DNA of 64,000 nt from Escherichia coli (GCF_024502345.1 NZ_JALDNN010000001.1), one strand, 5' to 3'; positions 24,903 to 35,747 are shown, numbered from the stretch's first letter. Numbers and translations: made by a program. Notes: a model not told the origin generated them from the letters alone.

Positions 24903-25169
24903 ATGATGAGCTTTCAGAAGATCTATAGCCCAACGCAATTAGCGAATGCAATGAAACTGGTTCGCCAGCAAAATGGCTGGACGCAGAGCGAGCTGGCGAA
25001 AAAAATTGGCATTAAGCAGGCGACAATTTCCAATTTCGAAAACAACCCTGACAATACCACGCTCACGACATTTTTTAAGATTTTACAGTCGCTTGAACTC
25101 TCAATGACACTATGCGACACGAAAAATGCCTCGCCAGAATCAACAGAACAGCAAGATCTGGAGTGGTAA
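24903..25169 (+). CDS. hipB: HipB antitoxin (XRE-family HTH)
   Basis: 88 aa from MMSFQKIYSPTQLANAMKLVRQ; stop overlaps the hipA start. Confidence 0.9.
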   Translation: MMSFQKIYSPTQLANAMKLVRQQNGWTQSELAKKIGIKQATISNFENNPDNTTLTTFFKILQSLELSMTLCDTKNASPESTEQQDLEW

Positions 25170-26491
25170 TGCCTAAACTTGTCACTTGGATGAACAACCA
25201 GCGGGTAGGCGAGTTAACGAAGTTAGCCAACGGCGCGCACACCTTTAAGTATGCACCGGAGTGGTTAGCCAGCCGTTATGCCAGACCGTTGTCACTTTCG
25301 CTGCCATTGCAGAGGGGGAATATCACCTCAGATGCCGTATTTAACTTCTTCGATAACCTGTTACCCGATAGCCCGATTGTACGTGACCGGATCGTTAAAC
25401 GTTATCATGCTAAATCCAGACAACCGTTTGATTTATTGTCAGAAATAGGGCGAGACAGCGTTGGTGCCGTAACGTTATTACCCGAAAATGAAACCATAAC
25501 GCGCCCGATAATGGCATGGGAAAAGCTTACTGAAGCCAGGCTTGAAGAAGTATTAACGGCTTATAAAGCAGATATCCCTCTGGGCATGATTAGAGAAGAA
25601 AATGACTTTCGCATCTCGGTTGCTGGCGCGCAGGAGAAGACAGCGCTGCTTAGAATAGGCAATGACTGGTGCATTCCGAAAGGAATAACGCCGACGACGC
25701 ACATCATTAAATTACCGATTGGCGAAATCAGGCAGCCCAATGCGACGCTCGATCTCAGCCAAAGCGTTGATAATGAGTATTACTGTCTGCTGCTGGCGAA
25801 AGAACTTGGGTTGAATGTTCCGGACGCAGAAATCATTAAAGCGGGAAGGGTGCGCGCGTTAGCGGTCGAACGTTTTGACAGGCGTTGGAATACTGAGCGA
25901 ACGGTTTTACTTCGCTTGCCACAGGAGGATATGTGTCAGACATTCGGTTTACCTTCATCTGTGAAATATGAATCAGATGGAGGCCCAGGCATCGCGCGGA
26001 TCATGGCGTTTTTGATGGGGTCCAGCGAGGCGCTTCGCGATCGTTATGATTTTATTAAATTCCAGGTCTTCCAGTGGTTGATTGGCGCAACGGATGGCCA
26101 TGCAAAAAACTTCTCCGTATTTATTCAGGCTGGCGGCAGTTATCGACTCACGCCATTTTACGACATCATTTCAGCATTTCCGGTCCTTGGCGGTACGGGA
26201 ATACACATCAGCGATCTCAAACTGGCAATGGGGCTTAACGCATCCAAAGGCAAAAAAACGGCAATCGATAAAATTTATCCGCGACATTTTTTGGCGACAG
26301 CAAAGGTGCTGAGATTCCCGGAAGTGCAGATGCATGAAATCCTAAGTGACTTTGCCAGAATGATTCCGGCAGCACTGGATAACGTGAAGACTTCATTACC
26401 GACAGATTTTCCGGAGAACGTGGTGACGGCAGTTGAAACCAATGTGTTGAGGTTGCATGGACGGTTAAGCCGAGAATACGGTAGTAAGTGA
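25169..26491 (+). CDS. hipA: HipA serine/threonine kinase toxin
   Basis: 440 aa from MPKLVTWMNNQRVGEL, matches recalled HipA. Confidence 0.9.
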   Translation: MPKLVTWMNNQRVGELTKLANGAHTFKYAPEWLASRYARPLSLSLPLQRGNITSDAVFNFFDNLLPDSPIVRDRIVKRYHAKSRQPFDLLSEIGRDSVGAVTLLPENETITRPIMAWEKLTEARLEEVLTAYKADIPLGMIREENDFRISVAGAQEKTALLRIGNDWCIPKGITPTTHIIKLPIGEIRQPNATLDLSQSVDNEYYCLLLAKELGLNVPDAEIIKAGRVRALAVERFDRRWNTERTVLLRLPQEDMCQTFGLPSSVKYESDGGPGIARIMAFLMGSSEALRDRYDFIKFQVFQWLIGATDGHAKNFSVFIQAGGSYRLTPFYDIISAFPVLGGTGIHISDLKLAMGLNASKGKKTAIDKIYPRHFLATAKVLRFPEVQMHEILSDFARMIPAALDNVKTSLPTDFPENVVTAVETNVLRLHGRLSREYGSK

Positions 26492-26738
26492 GATATGGGG
26501 TTTGGTCGTTGTTAATGAGCACGACAATCATGACCGCCAACGACTGGATTCTTCCTTGGTTTATACTGGTGCGCATAATGTATATTATGTTAAATCACCT
26601 ACAGTGACAAATAAGTTCATAAGCCTCTCCCACTAACTGATAAATCAATACGTTAGAATTTCGGATCGCCATCTCGTTTCTTGCATTAGGTACAGAGTAC
26701 ATTCTCTTCATGTCCATGGTAATTGTGAGGTAAATGTC

Positions 26739-28133
26739 GTGTATTCAGTAAACCAGTTGGTTATCTCGGGCTGCAAACGGCAATGGATCCTGATGGACAC
26801 GGAAACCTCTATGCCGTTGCTGTATCCCCTTAGGTACCATATTGACCATTTAGCTTTCCGCTCATTGTCCACGCAGTCAGCTTCACTGCAATCTGTGAAG
26901 TTTTTTTACGAATTCTGGAATCAAAAGTATGGTGTCTCGTTTTGCTACAGCTTCTATTCATCTGGCCACAATCCAGACATCGCCGTCAGCGAAATGCCCG
27001 CATTTTGGCTGTATCTGGAAAATGGCCACAACGTCCAGTCAAATGTGTTGTCTTTAACAAGAGCCACCAAAGCCAGTAGCTTAACTCACGCAGCCAGAGT
27101 TCGTGCCGTGATTCATTTTCTTTCTTTTTTGATTAACACTTACATATCACCCGCATACCGGGACGACACGCCCAAAGCATTAACCCTTTTGGCCTCGCGT
27201 CTACACACCCGTTTGCAGCTTTGTCGGGATAATTATCGAACGCTTACACCAAACAAATTTTCGCTACGTAGTCACAACAGCCAGGGGTTTCAGAGTCTGT
27301 CTGGTGCAATGGTGCTCAGCCTGTATGGGATAATAGCCCCCTCTTCTGCCCAAAAGCATAATCCACTAAACCCTTTCCCTTCCGGACATCTTCAGTTCCG
27401 CAATTTTTTAATTATTCGCCTGTTATTAAATTATGGTTTACGAATAGGTGAGCTATTGTTGTTAGAGTGCAGTTCAATCAAACCAAATTTAAGAGGTGAT
27501 AAATTCAGTTTGATTGTGACAACTGTCGATGGGGGGTACGAACCAAGAAAAAATGCGCCGTCTCTCAAAAATGCATGGGCTAACCGTGTATTAGAACTCG
27601 ACAAGCAAGATTATATTTATTTAAGTATTTATATAGAAAAAATCCGGCCCAAAACACATAAGCACGATTTCATCTTTATATCGAGTCAACAGTCAAGAAA
27701 ACCATTGTCCTATACATCAGTTCATTCTATTTTTTCGAAAGTCGATAAGGTCTTTACTGATCAACACCCAGAGTACAAATCGCCCTTGTACTCTGATTCG
27801 TTGCAACGATTGACACCACATACAACCCGACATACTTGGGCCTTTTTGACATTGCAAAGAATATGGCATTCAAAATATTTGAGAAATCAGCTAAACAAAA
27901 CACACTTTGTTGCTGGAGTCCCTTCCCTCACAGGAGTAATGGAAGAAGCAAAAGATGAGCTACGGCTGATTGGAGGATGGAGCCCGACTAGTCAAATGCC
28001 TGATCTATATGCAAAACGCTTCCTTTCTGAGCAGGCTAATACTGCCAATATCCAACGTATTATTCAAGATAATGCTGCGCTGCAGAATACGTTAAATACA
28101 ATAATGGATAAATATAACGATGAGTTCATTTGA
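26739..28133 (+). CDS. tyrosine-type site-specific recombinase with a long N-terminal extension
   Basis: 464-aa ORF; C-terminal catalytic motifs GLRIGELLLLE, HTTRHTWAF and GGWS...LYAKRF; AT-rich; true start uncertain. Confidence 0.65.
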   Translation: MYSVNQLVISGCKRQWILMDTETSMPLLYPLRYHIDHLAFRSLSTQSASLQSVKFFYEFWNQKYGVSFCYSFYSSGHNPDIAVSEMPAFWLYLENGHNVQSNVLSLTRATKASSLTHAARVRAVIHFLSFLINTYISPAYRDDTPKALTLLASRLHTRLQLCRDNYRTLTPNKFSLRSHNSQGFQSLSGAMVLSLYGIIAPSSAQKHNPLNPFPSGHLQFRNFLIIRLLLNYGLRIGELLLLECSSIKPNLRGDKFSLIVTTVDGGYEPRKNAPSLKNAWANRVLELDKQDYIYLSIYIEKIRPKTHKHDFIFISSQQSRKPLSYTSVHSIFSKVDKVFTDQHPEYKSPLYSDSLQRLTPHTTRHTWAFLTLQRIWHSKYLRNQLNKTHFVAGVPSLTGVMEEAKDELRLIGGWSPTSQMPDLYAKRFLSEQANTANIQRIIQDNAALQNTLNTIMDKYNDEFI

Positions 28134-28308
28134 ACATACACTAAAATTTGATGAAGAGAGTTCAATTTACCCTGCTGATTTAGCTCAGGCAATCATTGAA
28201 CTTAAGGTTCCTGAGCGGATTTATCTAAAGACGGCTGTGGGGTTTGATGATAAATACATAATTAATAAAGGGAGCAAATGGACTTTTGATTACTCTGGTA
28301 GTCGGTGA
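28120..28308 (+). CDS. hypothetical small protein (62 aa) overlapping the recombinase stop
   Basis: ORF overlaps the recombinase 3' end by 14 bp; no recognisable domain. Confidence 0.3.
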   Translation: MSSFEHTLKFDEESSIYPADLAQAIIELKVPERIYLKTAVGFDDKYIINKGSKWTFDYSGSR

Positions 28309-28404
28309 TACCTTGTTTTTAATCAAGATAACATCTCAAATAAGCTAAACAAATATATTTGTTTCAAATATGCATCGACAAGATTCCCAACCAGGCTTCC
28401 AGCG

Positions 28405-28693
28405 TTGCATCTTGACTGGAGAAAAGCCATCACATATTGCCGGGAATATGGCGGATTTTCGTTTAGTACGCTCCGACTATTTATAGAAAGAGATAACATT
28501 GACAATGCTGTTTTTTATTCTGTGTTGTTCGGGTTAAAAATACTTTGTTCTGAAGCATTCCCGGGTTTCAGTCTTGAAGATTATGATGATCTGGAGTTCG
28601 TCCCTCGACCGCATCTCGATCGTTGGGGAGTTTATCAGGAAATCGATAATGTTCTTGATCCTCTCGAAAAAAATATGATTTGTAATGGGCTGT
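28405..28693 (+). pseudogene. hypothetical protein whose frame runs into IS903 copy 3 (3' end truncated)
   Basis: 99-aa ORF 28405..28704 whose last residues are encoded by the IS903 end. Confidence 0.3.
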
Positions 28694-29751
28694 GGCTTTG
28701 TTGAATAAATCGAACTTTTGCTGAGTTGAAGGATCAGATCACGTATCTTCCCGACAACGCAGACCGTTCCGTGGCAAAGCAAAAGTTCAAAATCACCAAC
28801 TGGCCCACCTACAATAAAGCCCTCATCAACCGTGGCTCCATAACTTTCTGGCTGGATGATGAAGCTATTCAGGCCTGGTATGAGTCAGCAACACCTTCTT
28901 CACGAGGCAGACCTCAGCGCTATTCTGACCTTGCCATCACGACTGTGCTTGGTCATTAAACGCGTATTCAGGCTGACCCTGCGCGCTGCGCAGGGCTTTA
29001 TTGATTCCATTTTTTCTCTGATGAACGTTCCGCTACGCTGCCCGGATTACAGCTGTGTCAGCAGGCGGGCAAAGTCGGTTAATGTCAGTTTCAAAACGCC
29101 CACCCGGGGTGAAATCGCACACCTGGTAATTGATTCCACCGGGCTGAAGGTCTTCGGTGAAGGCGAGTGGAAAGTCAAAAAGCATGGCCAGGAACGCCGC
29201 CGTATCTGGCGTAAGCTGCATCTCGCCGTTGACAGTAAAACACATGAAATCATCTGCGCTGACCTGTCGCTGAACAACGTTACGGACTCAGAGGCCTTCC
29301 CCGGGTTAATCCGGCAAACCCACCGGAAAATCAGGTCAGCCGCCGCCGATGGCGCTTACGATACCCGGCTATGTCACGATGAACTGCGGCGTAAGAAAAT
29401 CAGCGCGCTTATCCCTCCCCGAAAAGGTGCGGGTTACTGGCCCGGTGAATATGCAGACCGTAACCGTGCAGTGGCTAATCAGCGAATGACCGGGAGTAAT
29501 GCGCGGTGGAAATGGACAACAGATTACAACCGTCGCTCGATAGCGGAAACGGCGATGTACCGGGTAAAACAGCTGTTCGGGGGTTCACTGACACTGCGTG
29601 ACTACGATGGTCAGGTTGCAGAGGCTATGGCCCTGGTACGAGCGCTGAACAAAATGACGAAAGCAGGTATGCCTGAAAGCGTGCGTATTGCCTGAAAACA
29701 CAACCCGCTACGGGGGAGACTTACCCGAAATCTGATTTATTCAACAAAGCC
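28694..29751 (+). mobile_element. IS903-type insertion sequence, copy 3, 1058 bp, frameshifted transposase, no target duplication
   Basis: Extra T (gtgcttggtcatt versus gtgctggtcatt) splits the transposase into ORFs 28726..28959 and 28856..29695; flanks atgggctgt and cctgctgga differ. Confidence 0.9.
28726..29695 (+). pseudogene. IS903-type transposase, frameshifted
   Basis: Two overlapping ORFs together cover the transposase. Confidence 0.85.
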
Positions 29752-30490
29752 CCTGCTGGAACACATTGATCGTATTGAAGATAATATTACTGAATATGAC
29801 CGGATTTTGTCCCGCATGGCAAAAACAGATCACCGCAGCCAGCGATTGATGGAACTGAAAGGGATTGGTCCCACAACGGCCTGTGCGCTGGTCGCCAGTA
29901 TCGGTAATGCACACGATTTTAAAAATGGGCGACAACTGGCAGCCTGGCTGGGACTAACGCCATCGCAGTACAGCAGTGGTGGGAAATCAAAGCTTGGCAG
30001 GATAACTAAAGCTGGCGATTCGTATCTGCGAACGCTACTGGTTCAGAGGGCTCGTTCGGTTCTGATTGGTGCCGAGAAAAGGACTGATTTATTCAGTCGT
30101 TGGGTCTGTTCACTGGTCGATCGCAGAGGATACTGGCGTGCCGTTGTAGCCATCGCCGCCAAAAACGCAAGGCTGTGCTGGCATCATTGCATTACGGTGA
30201 TGATTTCAGGCTGTACTCAGCCAGCTAAAGCACGAAACAAAATAACCATCTGACCTGCAATTCGTTGATGATAAAGGGTTAGACCCCGTGAGGCCTATCT
30301 GGCTATTGTACAGGATATACGTATCCGCTTAACGAACAAGAACCTCACGCGCGTCTTTCATCAGGGTCCGAATCGATGACGATTCATCATGGCCGTTTAT
30401 AGTACCGCAGTCTCTCCCCTTTATTTTTACTGAAGAGCAGACAGAAACCATAAACACCGGCGTTGACACGCCGGGGAAGCCCTTATAGTA
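29752..30490 (+). mobile_element. IS110-family element, 3' fragment (transposase C-terminus plus non-coding end), truncated by IS903 copy 3
   Basis: ORF 29807..30253 matches the C-terminal 140 residues of the transposases at 37205..38269 and 38640..39662; 30254..30490 matches their 3' non-coding ends in reverse complement. Confidence 0.8.
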
Positions 30491-30628
30491 CAATAATTTT
30501 CGAAATCCAACCCATCCCGCCTACAGGAATGACGGATTTTTCGGCGGTTCCGGCGTAGACCCACCACAACTGCTGTATAGCTTGTGGGTAAGTGATAATG
30601 AAGTGCAAACGAGATGGCGCAAATACTC

Positions 30629-30675
30629 TTTTGGTTTATCTTTTAATTACTTACGTATTAAAAGATAAACCAAAA
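30629..30675. repeat. perfect palindrome, 17-bp arms with 13-nt spacer
   Basis: ttttggtttatctttta - attacttacgtat - taaaagataaaccaaaa. Confidence 0.9.
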
Positions 30676-30783
30676 AATAAAAGACATTACTGTTATCCCC
30701 TTTAAAAAGTGGATAACCGAACAGCATCGGCGCGAGCGCCTCAAAAGTAGCTCCCCACGCTAAAGCGCGGGGCATTCAGAACG

Positions 30784-30828
30784 GAATCCCTCGATGGCTA
30801 ACAGCTCGCCTGTTAGCCATCGAGGGAT
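30784..30828. repeat. perfect palindrome, 20-bp arms with 5-nt loop
   Basis: aatccctcgatggctaacag - ctcgc - ctgttagccatcgagggatt. Confidence 0.9.
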
Positions 30829-31127
30829 TGGACAAATCCGGCCACGCCGGATACGTCAGCAAATATCGCTGAAGAATTAGCTTACACGCTCGTAAGCGGC
30901 TCTTACGACCCGCTAACGCGGAGATACGCCCCAACTGCGGCTTCGCCTTGTTGTGACCACTCCGACCGCGCACAAAAGCCTCTGAGCCGCTTTTAGCGGA
31001 ATATGGCTTTGCAAGGTGAAGGGATGGATAGGCGATCCCTTTCGATCCCTCACTGGTATCGGCGGCTAACCCTCGGTGCTACCTGTCATTTCATCCTGCC
31101 GCCTTACATGCGCTAACGCGCATAAAT

Positions 31128-31165
31128 CCCCGTTCCTCAGTGGAACGAAAACTCACGCTAACAGG
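31128..31165 (+). repeat. relic of a Tn3-subgroup 38-bp terminal inverted repeat
   Basis: tccccgttc-CTCAGTGGAACGAAAACTCACG-ctaacag matches the core of the Tn3 repeat GGGGTCTGACGCTCAGTGGAACGAAAACTCACGTTAAG; inner end faces higBA. Confidence 0.6.
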
Positions 31166-31200
31166 GTAGTGACCGGGTAGCCACGATAACTGCCAACAAA

Positions 31201-31251
31201 ATTAGCTTATAGGTTAATTCTACCTTGTCTGAAATTAGCCTATAGGTTAAT
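31201..31251 (+). promoter_or_regulatory. two copies of an 18-bp near-palindrome upstream of higB (candidate operator)
   Basis: attagcttataggttaat (31201..31218) and attagcctataggttaat (31234..31251), followed by tattaat and a GGAGG ribosome-binding site. Confidence 0.55.
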
Positions 31252-31273
31252 ATTAATAGAAATGGGAGGTCAC

Positions 31274-31603
31274 ATGTTTAGCGTTGTTTATCACCCGGAA
31301 GCCAGGGAAGAAGCCACAGCATTACCCGTAAAAATCAGGGTGAAGTTTGACCGTCTCATCGGCAAACTGGAGTATGACGCCCGATTACTGCGGGAGCCGG
31401 ACACGAAGCCCCTGGGCGATGGACTTTTTGAGATCCGCACGATGGGGACGGACATAGCCAGGGGAATCTGGGTATACCACAAAGGCAATACCATCATCAT
31501 GCTCCGTGTTTTCATCAAGAAGTCACAGAAAACGCCAGCGAAAGAAATCGATCTCGCCAAAAAGCGGTTAGCGGAGGTACTTAATGAAACTGGTAAGCCA
31601 TAA
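31274..31603 (+). CDS. higB: RelE/ParE-superfamily toxin (HigB-like)
   Basis: About 110 aa from MFSVVYHPEAREEA; toxin precedes and overlaps an XRE-HTH partner by 20 bp, the HigBA arrangement. Confidence 0.7.
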   Translation: MFSVVYHPEAREEATALPVKIRVKFDRLIGKLEYDARLLREPDTKPLGDGLFEIRTMGTDIARGIWVYHKGNTIIMLRVFIKKSQKTPAKEIDLAKKRLAEVLNETGKP

Positions 31604-31865
31604 AGAACTGCATAACGAGTGGATGCAGGACGATGAATATCGCGCTGCATGGCAGGAAGAAGAACGTAAGGAAAAGCTCAGGGAGCTGCTTGCTGAATGG
31701 CGCAAGCATGACAACCTGACAAAAGCGCAGGTTGCTGAACGCATGGGGGTTACACCTCCGGTTATTTCTCGCCTGGAAAACAACATCACCAAAGCCAGCA
31801 TCGACACACTGACCCGCTACGCTCACGCCTGCGGCATCAAGAAACCTGTCATTGCCCTGTACTGA
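31584..31865 (+). CDS. higA: XRE-family HTH antitoxin (HigA-like)
   Basis: 93 aa; HTH segment LTKAQVAERMGVTPPVISRLEN. Confidence 0.7.
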   Translation: MKLVSHKELHNEWMQDDEYRAAWQEEERKEKLRELLAEWRKHDNLTKAQVAERMGVTPPVISRLENNITKASIDTLTRYAHACGIKKPVIALY

Positions 31866-31867
31866 AT

Positions 31868-31897
31868 AGCCAGCCCTCCGGGGCTGGCCTTTTTGTT
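31868..31897 (+). terminator. rho-independent terminator after higA
   Basis: agccagccc-tccgg-ggctggcc followed by tttttgttt. Confidence 0.7.
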
Positions 31898-32074
31898 TCG
31901 GTCAGTCCCAAAATTTTGTTAAAGCAAGTTTAAAATGTCACCTGTTTCTCCAAAGTTGAAATGTCACTTCTAAGCCAATCTATTTATACATAATCTTTAC
32001 ATCTTTCCCCGGTGACAAAGTGCTAATTGGTCTGTAATGTTCAATGTGTGGCAGGCAAGCCGCCGGTGACTTAG

Positions 32075-33270
<1,196 letters not shown>

Positions 33271-33439
33271 TTAATATAAAGACACAAGCAGAGACATTTT
33301 TGGCACGATATAAAAACGCTAAGTTAAAAAATCACTATGACGTGTTGGGTATCAAATGTTCACTGGCATAAACCTCTGTTTCTGATGTAAAACAGATTTT
33401 CTGAGGAGGCGTAAAACCTCCTCGTACTGCGAAATTGAT

Positions 33440-33940
33440 TTAGTGATAGCGATCGATCACGCCAACCAGATAGTGGTCGGTTTGCTGCATGTTGATGCCC
33501 GCTTTTTTAGCGCTGCGGACTTCATCCAGAATGATTTGCAACAGCGTCCCGTCCACGATTTCCTCTTTTCTGTATCGCTTCAGGAAGTTAATCGCTGACT
33601 TATCGTTTGCTGCCTGGGCGTCTTCCGTCAAAGAGGTCAGCGCATTAATGCGCTTCTGGTAATCGCTTACCGTCTGCTCAAACAGATCTTCCAGCGTGGA
33701 AAATTCACCGCACCGGGCGTGTTGCTCCTGTAACACCGGCGTGGCGCCGCTCTGTTTGATGTATTCGTACATGCGCATCATTTGCGTCACCGTATTTTGC
33801 GCCTGATGACGCAAAAATAGTGCGGTGCCATTAAGGCTATTCTCGCTGCACCTCTGGCTGAGCTGAAGATACAAATTTGAGGTATAAAACTCCTGATTCA
33901 TTTGCGCATTCAGTTTTTGAACTATTCCGCTAGCGATCAT
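33440..33940 (-). CDS. ferritin-like protein (FtnB/YecI-like paralog)
   Basis: 166 aa; NAQMNQEFYTSNLYLQLS and TQMMRMYEYIK resemble recalled E. coli FtnB at roughly half identity; hairpin terminator downstream. Confidence 0.7.
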   Translation of the reverse strand: MIASGIVQKLNAQMNQEFYTSNLYLQLSQRCSENSLNGTALFLRHQAQNTVTQMMRMYEYIKQSGATPVLQEQHARCGEFSTLEDLFEQTVSDYQKRINALTSLTEDAQAANDKSAINFLKRYRKEEIVDGTLLQIILDEVRSAKKAGINMQQTDHYLVGVIDRYH

Positions 33941-34358
33941 AGGACTTCCTTATTTCTTGTCATCTCAGAAAACGGTCACTCTTCGAAAAAATAACCAGAA
34001 TAAAAGCGATTCTTTCGCTTTTTTTATTGCGCCTGGTTACGCAGTCATATTCATTTTAAGTCGGGATGCTCCTTATTTAAATATCCAACCCTACTATCGC
34101 ATTTCTATCTGGCATTATTCTGTGATGGTGTTTCGATATTCACACTCCCTGTGCCAATCCTTTCTTATCGACAGTAGGAAACTTCCTCCGGCTATTCTGC
34201 TGAACACGATTAGGGGCACTGTTGCAAAGTTAGCGATGAGGCAGCGTTTTGTCTTATTCAAAGGCCTTACATTTCAAAAACTCTGCTTACCAGGCGCATT
34301 TCGGGTGATGCTGCCAACTTACTGATTTAGTGTATGATGGTGTTTTTGAGGTGCTCCA

Positions 34359-34634
34359 GTGGCTTCTGTTTCTATCAGCTGTCCCTCCTGTTCAGCTACT
34401 GACGGGGTGGTGCGTAACGGCAAAAGCACCGCCGGACATCAGCGCTATCTCTGCTCTCACTGCCGTAAAACATGGCAACTGCAGTTCACTTACACCGCTT
34501 CTCAACCCGGTACGCACCAGAAAATCATTGATATGGCCATGAATGGCGTTGGATGCCGGGCAACCGCCCGCATTATGGGCGTTGGCCTCAACACGATTTT
34601 CCGCCATTTAAAAAACTCAGGCCGCAGTCGGTAA
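34359..34634 (+). CDS. insA: IS1 InsA
   Basis: 91 aa [30 protein letters not shown]... Confidence 0.9.
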   Translation: MASVSISCPSCSATDGVVRNGKSTAGHQRYLCSHCRKTWQLQFTYTASQPGTHQKIIDMAMNGVGCRATARIMGVGLNTIFRHLKNSGRSR

Positions 34635-35056
34635 CCTCGCGCATACAGCCGGGCAGTGACGTCATCGTCTGCGCGGAAATGGACGAACAGTGGGGATACG
34701 TCGGGGCTAAATCGCGCCAGCGCTGGCTGTTTTACGCGTATGACAGGCTCCGGAAGACGGTTGTTGCGCACGTATTCGGTGAACGCACTATGGCGACGCT
34801 GGGGCGTCTTATGAGCCTGCTGTCACCCTTTGACGTGGTGATATGGATGACGGATGGCTGGCCGCTGTATGAATCCCGCCTGAAGGGAAAGCTGCACGTA
34901 ATCAGCAAGCGATATACGCAGCGAATTGAGCGGCATAACCTGAATCTGAGGCAGCACCTGGCACGGCTGGGACGGAAGTCGCTGTCGTTCTCAAAATCGG
35001 TGGAGCTGCATGACAAAGTCATCGGGCATTATCTGAACATAAAACACTATCAATAA
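34553..35056 (+). CDS. insB: IS1 InsB reading frame (expressed as InsAB' by frameshifting)
   Basis: 167-aa [24 protein letters not shown]... overlapping insA. Confidence 0.9.
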   Translation: MPGNRPHYGRWPQHDFPPFKKLRPQSVTSRIQPGSDVIVCAEMDEQWGYVGAKSRQRWLFYAYDRLRKTVVAHVFGERTMATLGRLMSLLSPFDVVIWMTDGWPLYESRLKGKLHVISKRYTQRIERHNLNLRQHLARLGRKSLSFSKSVELHDKVIGHYLNIKHYQ

Positions 35057-35066
35057 GTTGGAGTCA

Positions 35067-35747
35067 TTACCGCATTTCGCCCAGGGGATCACCATAATAA
35101 AATGCTGAGGCCTGGCCTTTGCGTAGTGCACACATCACCTCAATACCTTTGATGGTAGCGTAAGCCGTCTTCATGGATTTAAATCCCAGCGTGGCGCCGA
35201 TTATCCGTTTCAGTTTGCCATAATCGCATTCAATCACGTTGTTCCGGTACTTAATCTGTCGGTGTTCAACGTCAGACGGGCACCGGCCTTCGCGTTTGAG
35301 CAGAGCAAGCGCGCGACCATAGGCGGGCGCTTTATCCGTGTTGATGAATCGCGGGATCTGCCACTTCTTCACGTTGTTGAGGATTTTACCCAGAAACCGG
35401 TATGCAGCTTTGCTGTTACGACGGGAGGAGAGATAAAAATCGACAGTGCGGCCCCGGCTGTCGACGGCCCGGTACAGATACGCCCAGCGGCCATTGACCT
35501 TCACGTAGGTTTCATCCATGTGCCACGGGCAAAGATCGGAAGGGTTACGCCAGTACCAGCGCAGCCGTTTTTCCATTTCAGGCGCATAACGCTGAACCCA
35601 GCGGTAAATCGTGGAGTGATCGACATTCACTCCGCGTTCAGCCAGCATCTCCTGCAGCTCACGGTAACTGATGCCGTATTTGCAGTACCAGCGTACGGCC
35701 CACAGAATGATGTCACGCTGAAAATGCCGGCCTTTGAATGGGTTCAT
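35067..35747 (-). CDS. tnpA: IS26 transposase, C-terminally truncated by the IS1 insertion
   Basis: MNPFKGRHFQRDIILWAVRWY...GDPLGEMR then stop; the recalled native protein continues LVSRVFEM. Confidence 0.85.
   Translation of the reverse strand: MNPFKGRHFQRDIILWAVRWYCKYGISYRELQEMLAERGVNVDHSTIYRWVQRYAPEMEKRLRWYWRNPSDLCPWHMDETYVKVNGRWAYLYRAVDSRGRTVDFYLSSRRNSKAAYRFLGKILNNVKKWQIPRFINTDKAPAYGRALALLKREGRCPSDVEHRQIKYRNNVIECDYGKLKRIIGATLGFKSMKTAYATIKGIEVMCALRKGQASAFYYGDPLGEMR

Larger units (their letters stand above)
34305..35071 (+). mobile_element. IS1 nested inside IS26
   Basis: IS1 ends GGTGATGCTGCCAACTTACTGAT ... GTTGGAGTCATTACC; flanked by an 8-bp direct repeat gcatttcg (34297..34304 and 35072..35079). 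Confidence 0.9.

Noticed and set aside
30776-30973. 65-aa ORF inside the palindrome-rich non-coding block
   Set aside because: Arginine- and alanine-rich low-complexity translation of GC-rich DNA that spans a 20-bp-arm perfect palindrome; no start context or homolog recognised.
30600-31128. Retron (msr/msd) or group II intron as an explanation for the structured non-coding block
   Set aside because: No reverse transcriptase ORF is present nearby, and no intron-encoded protein or recognisable domain V-like motif was seen; left as an unassigned structured region.
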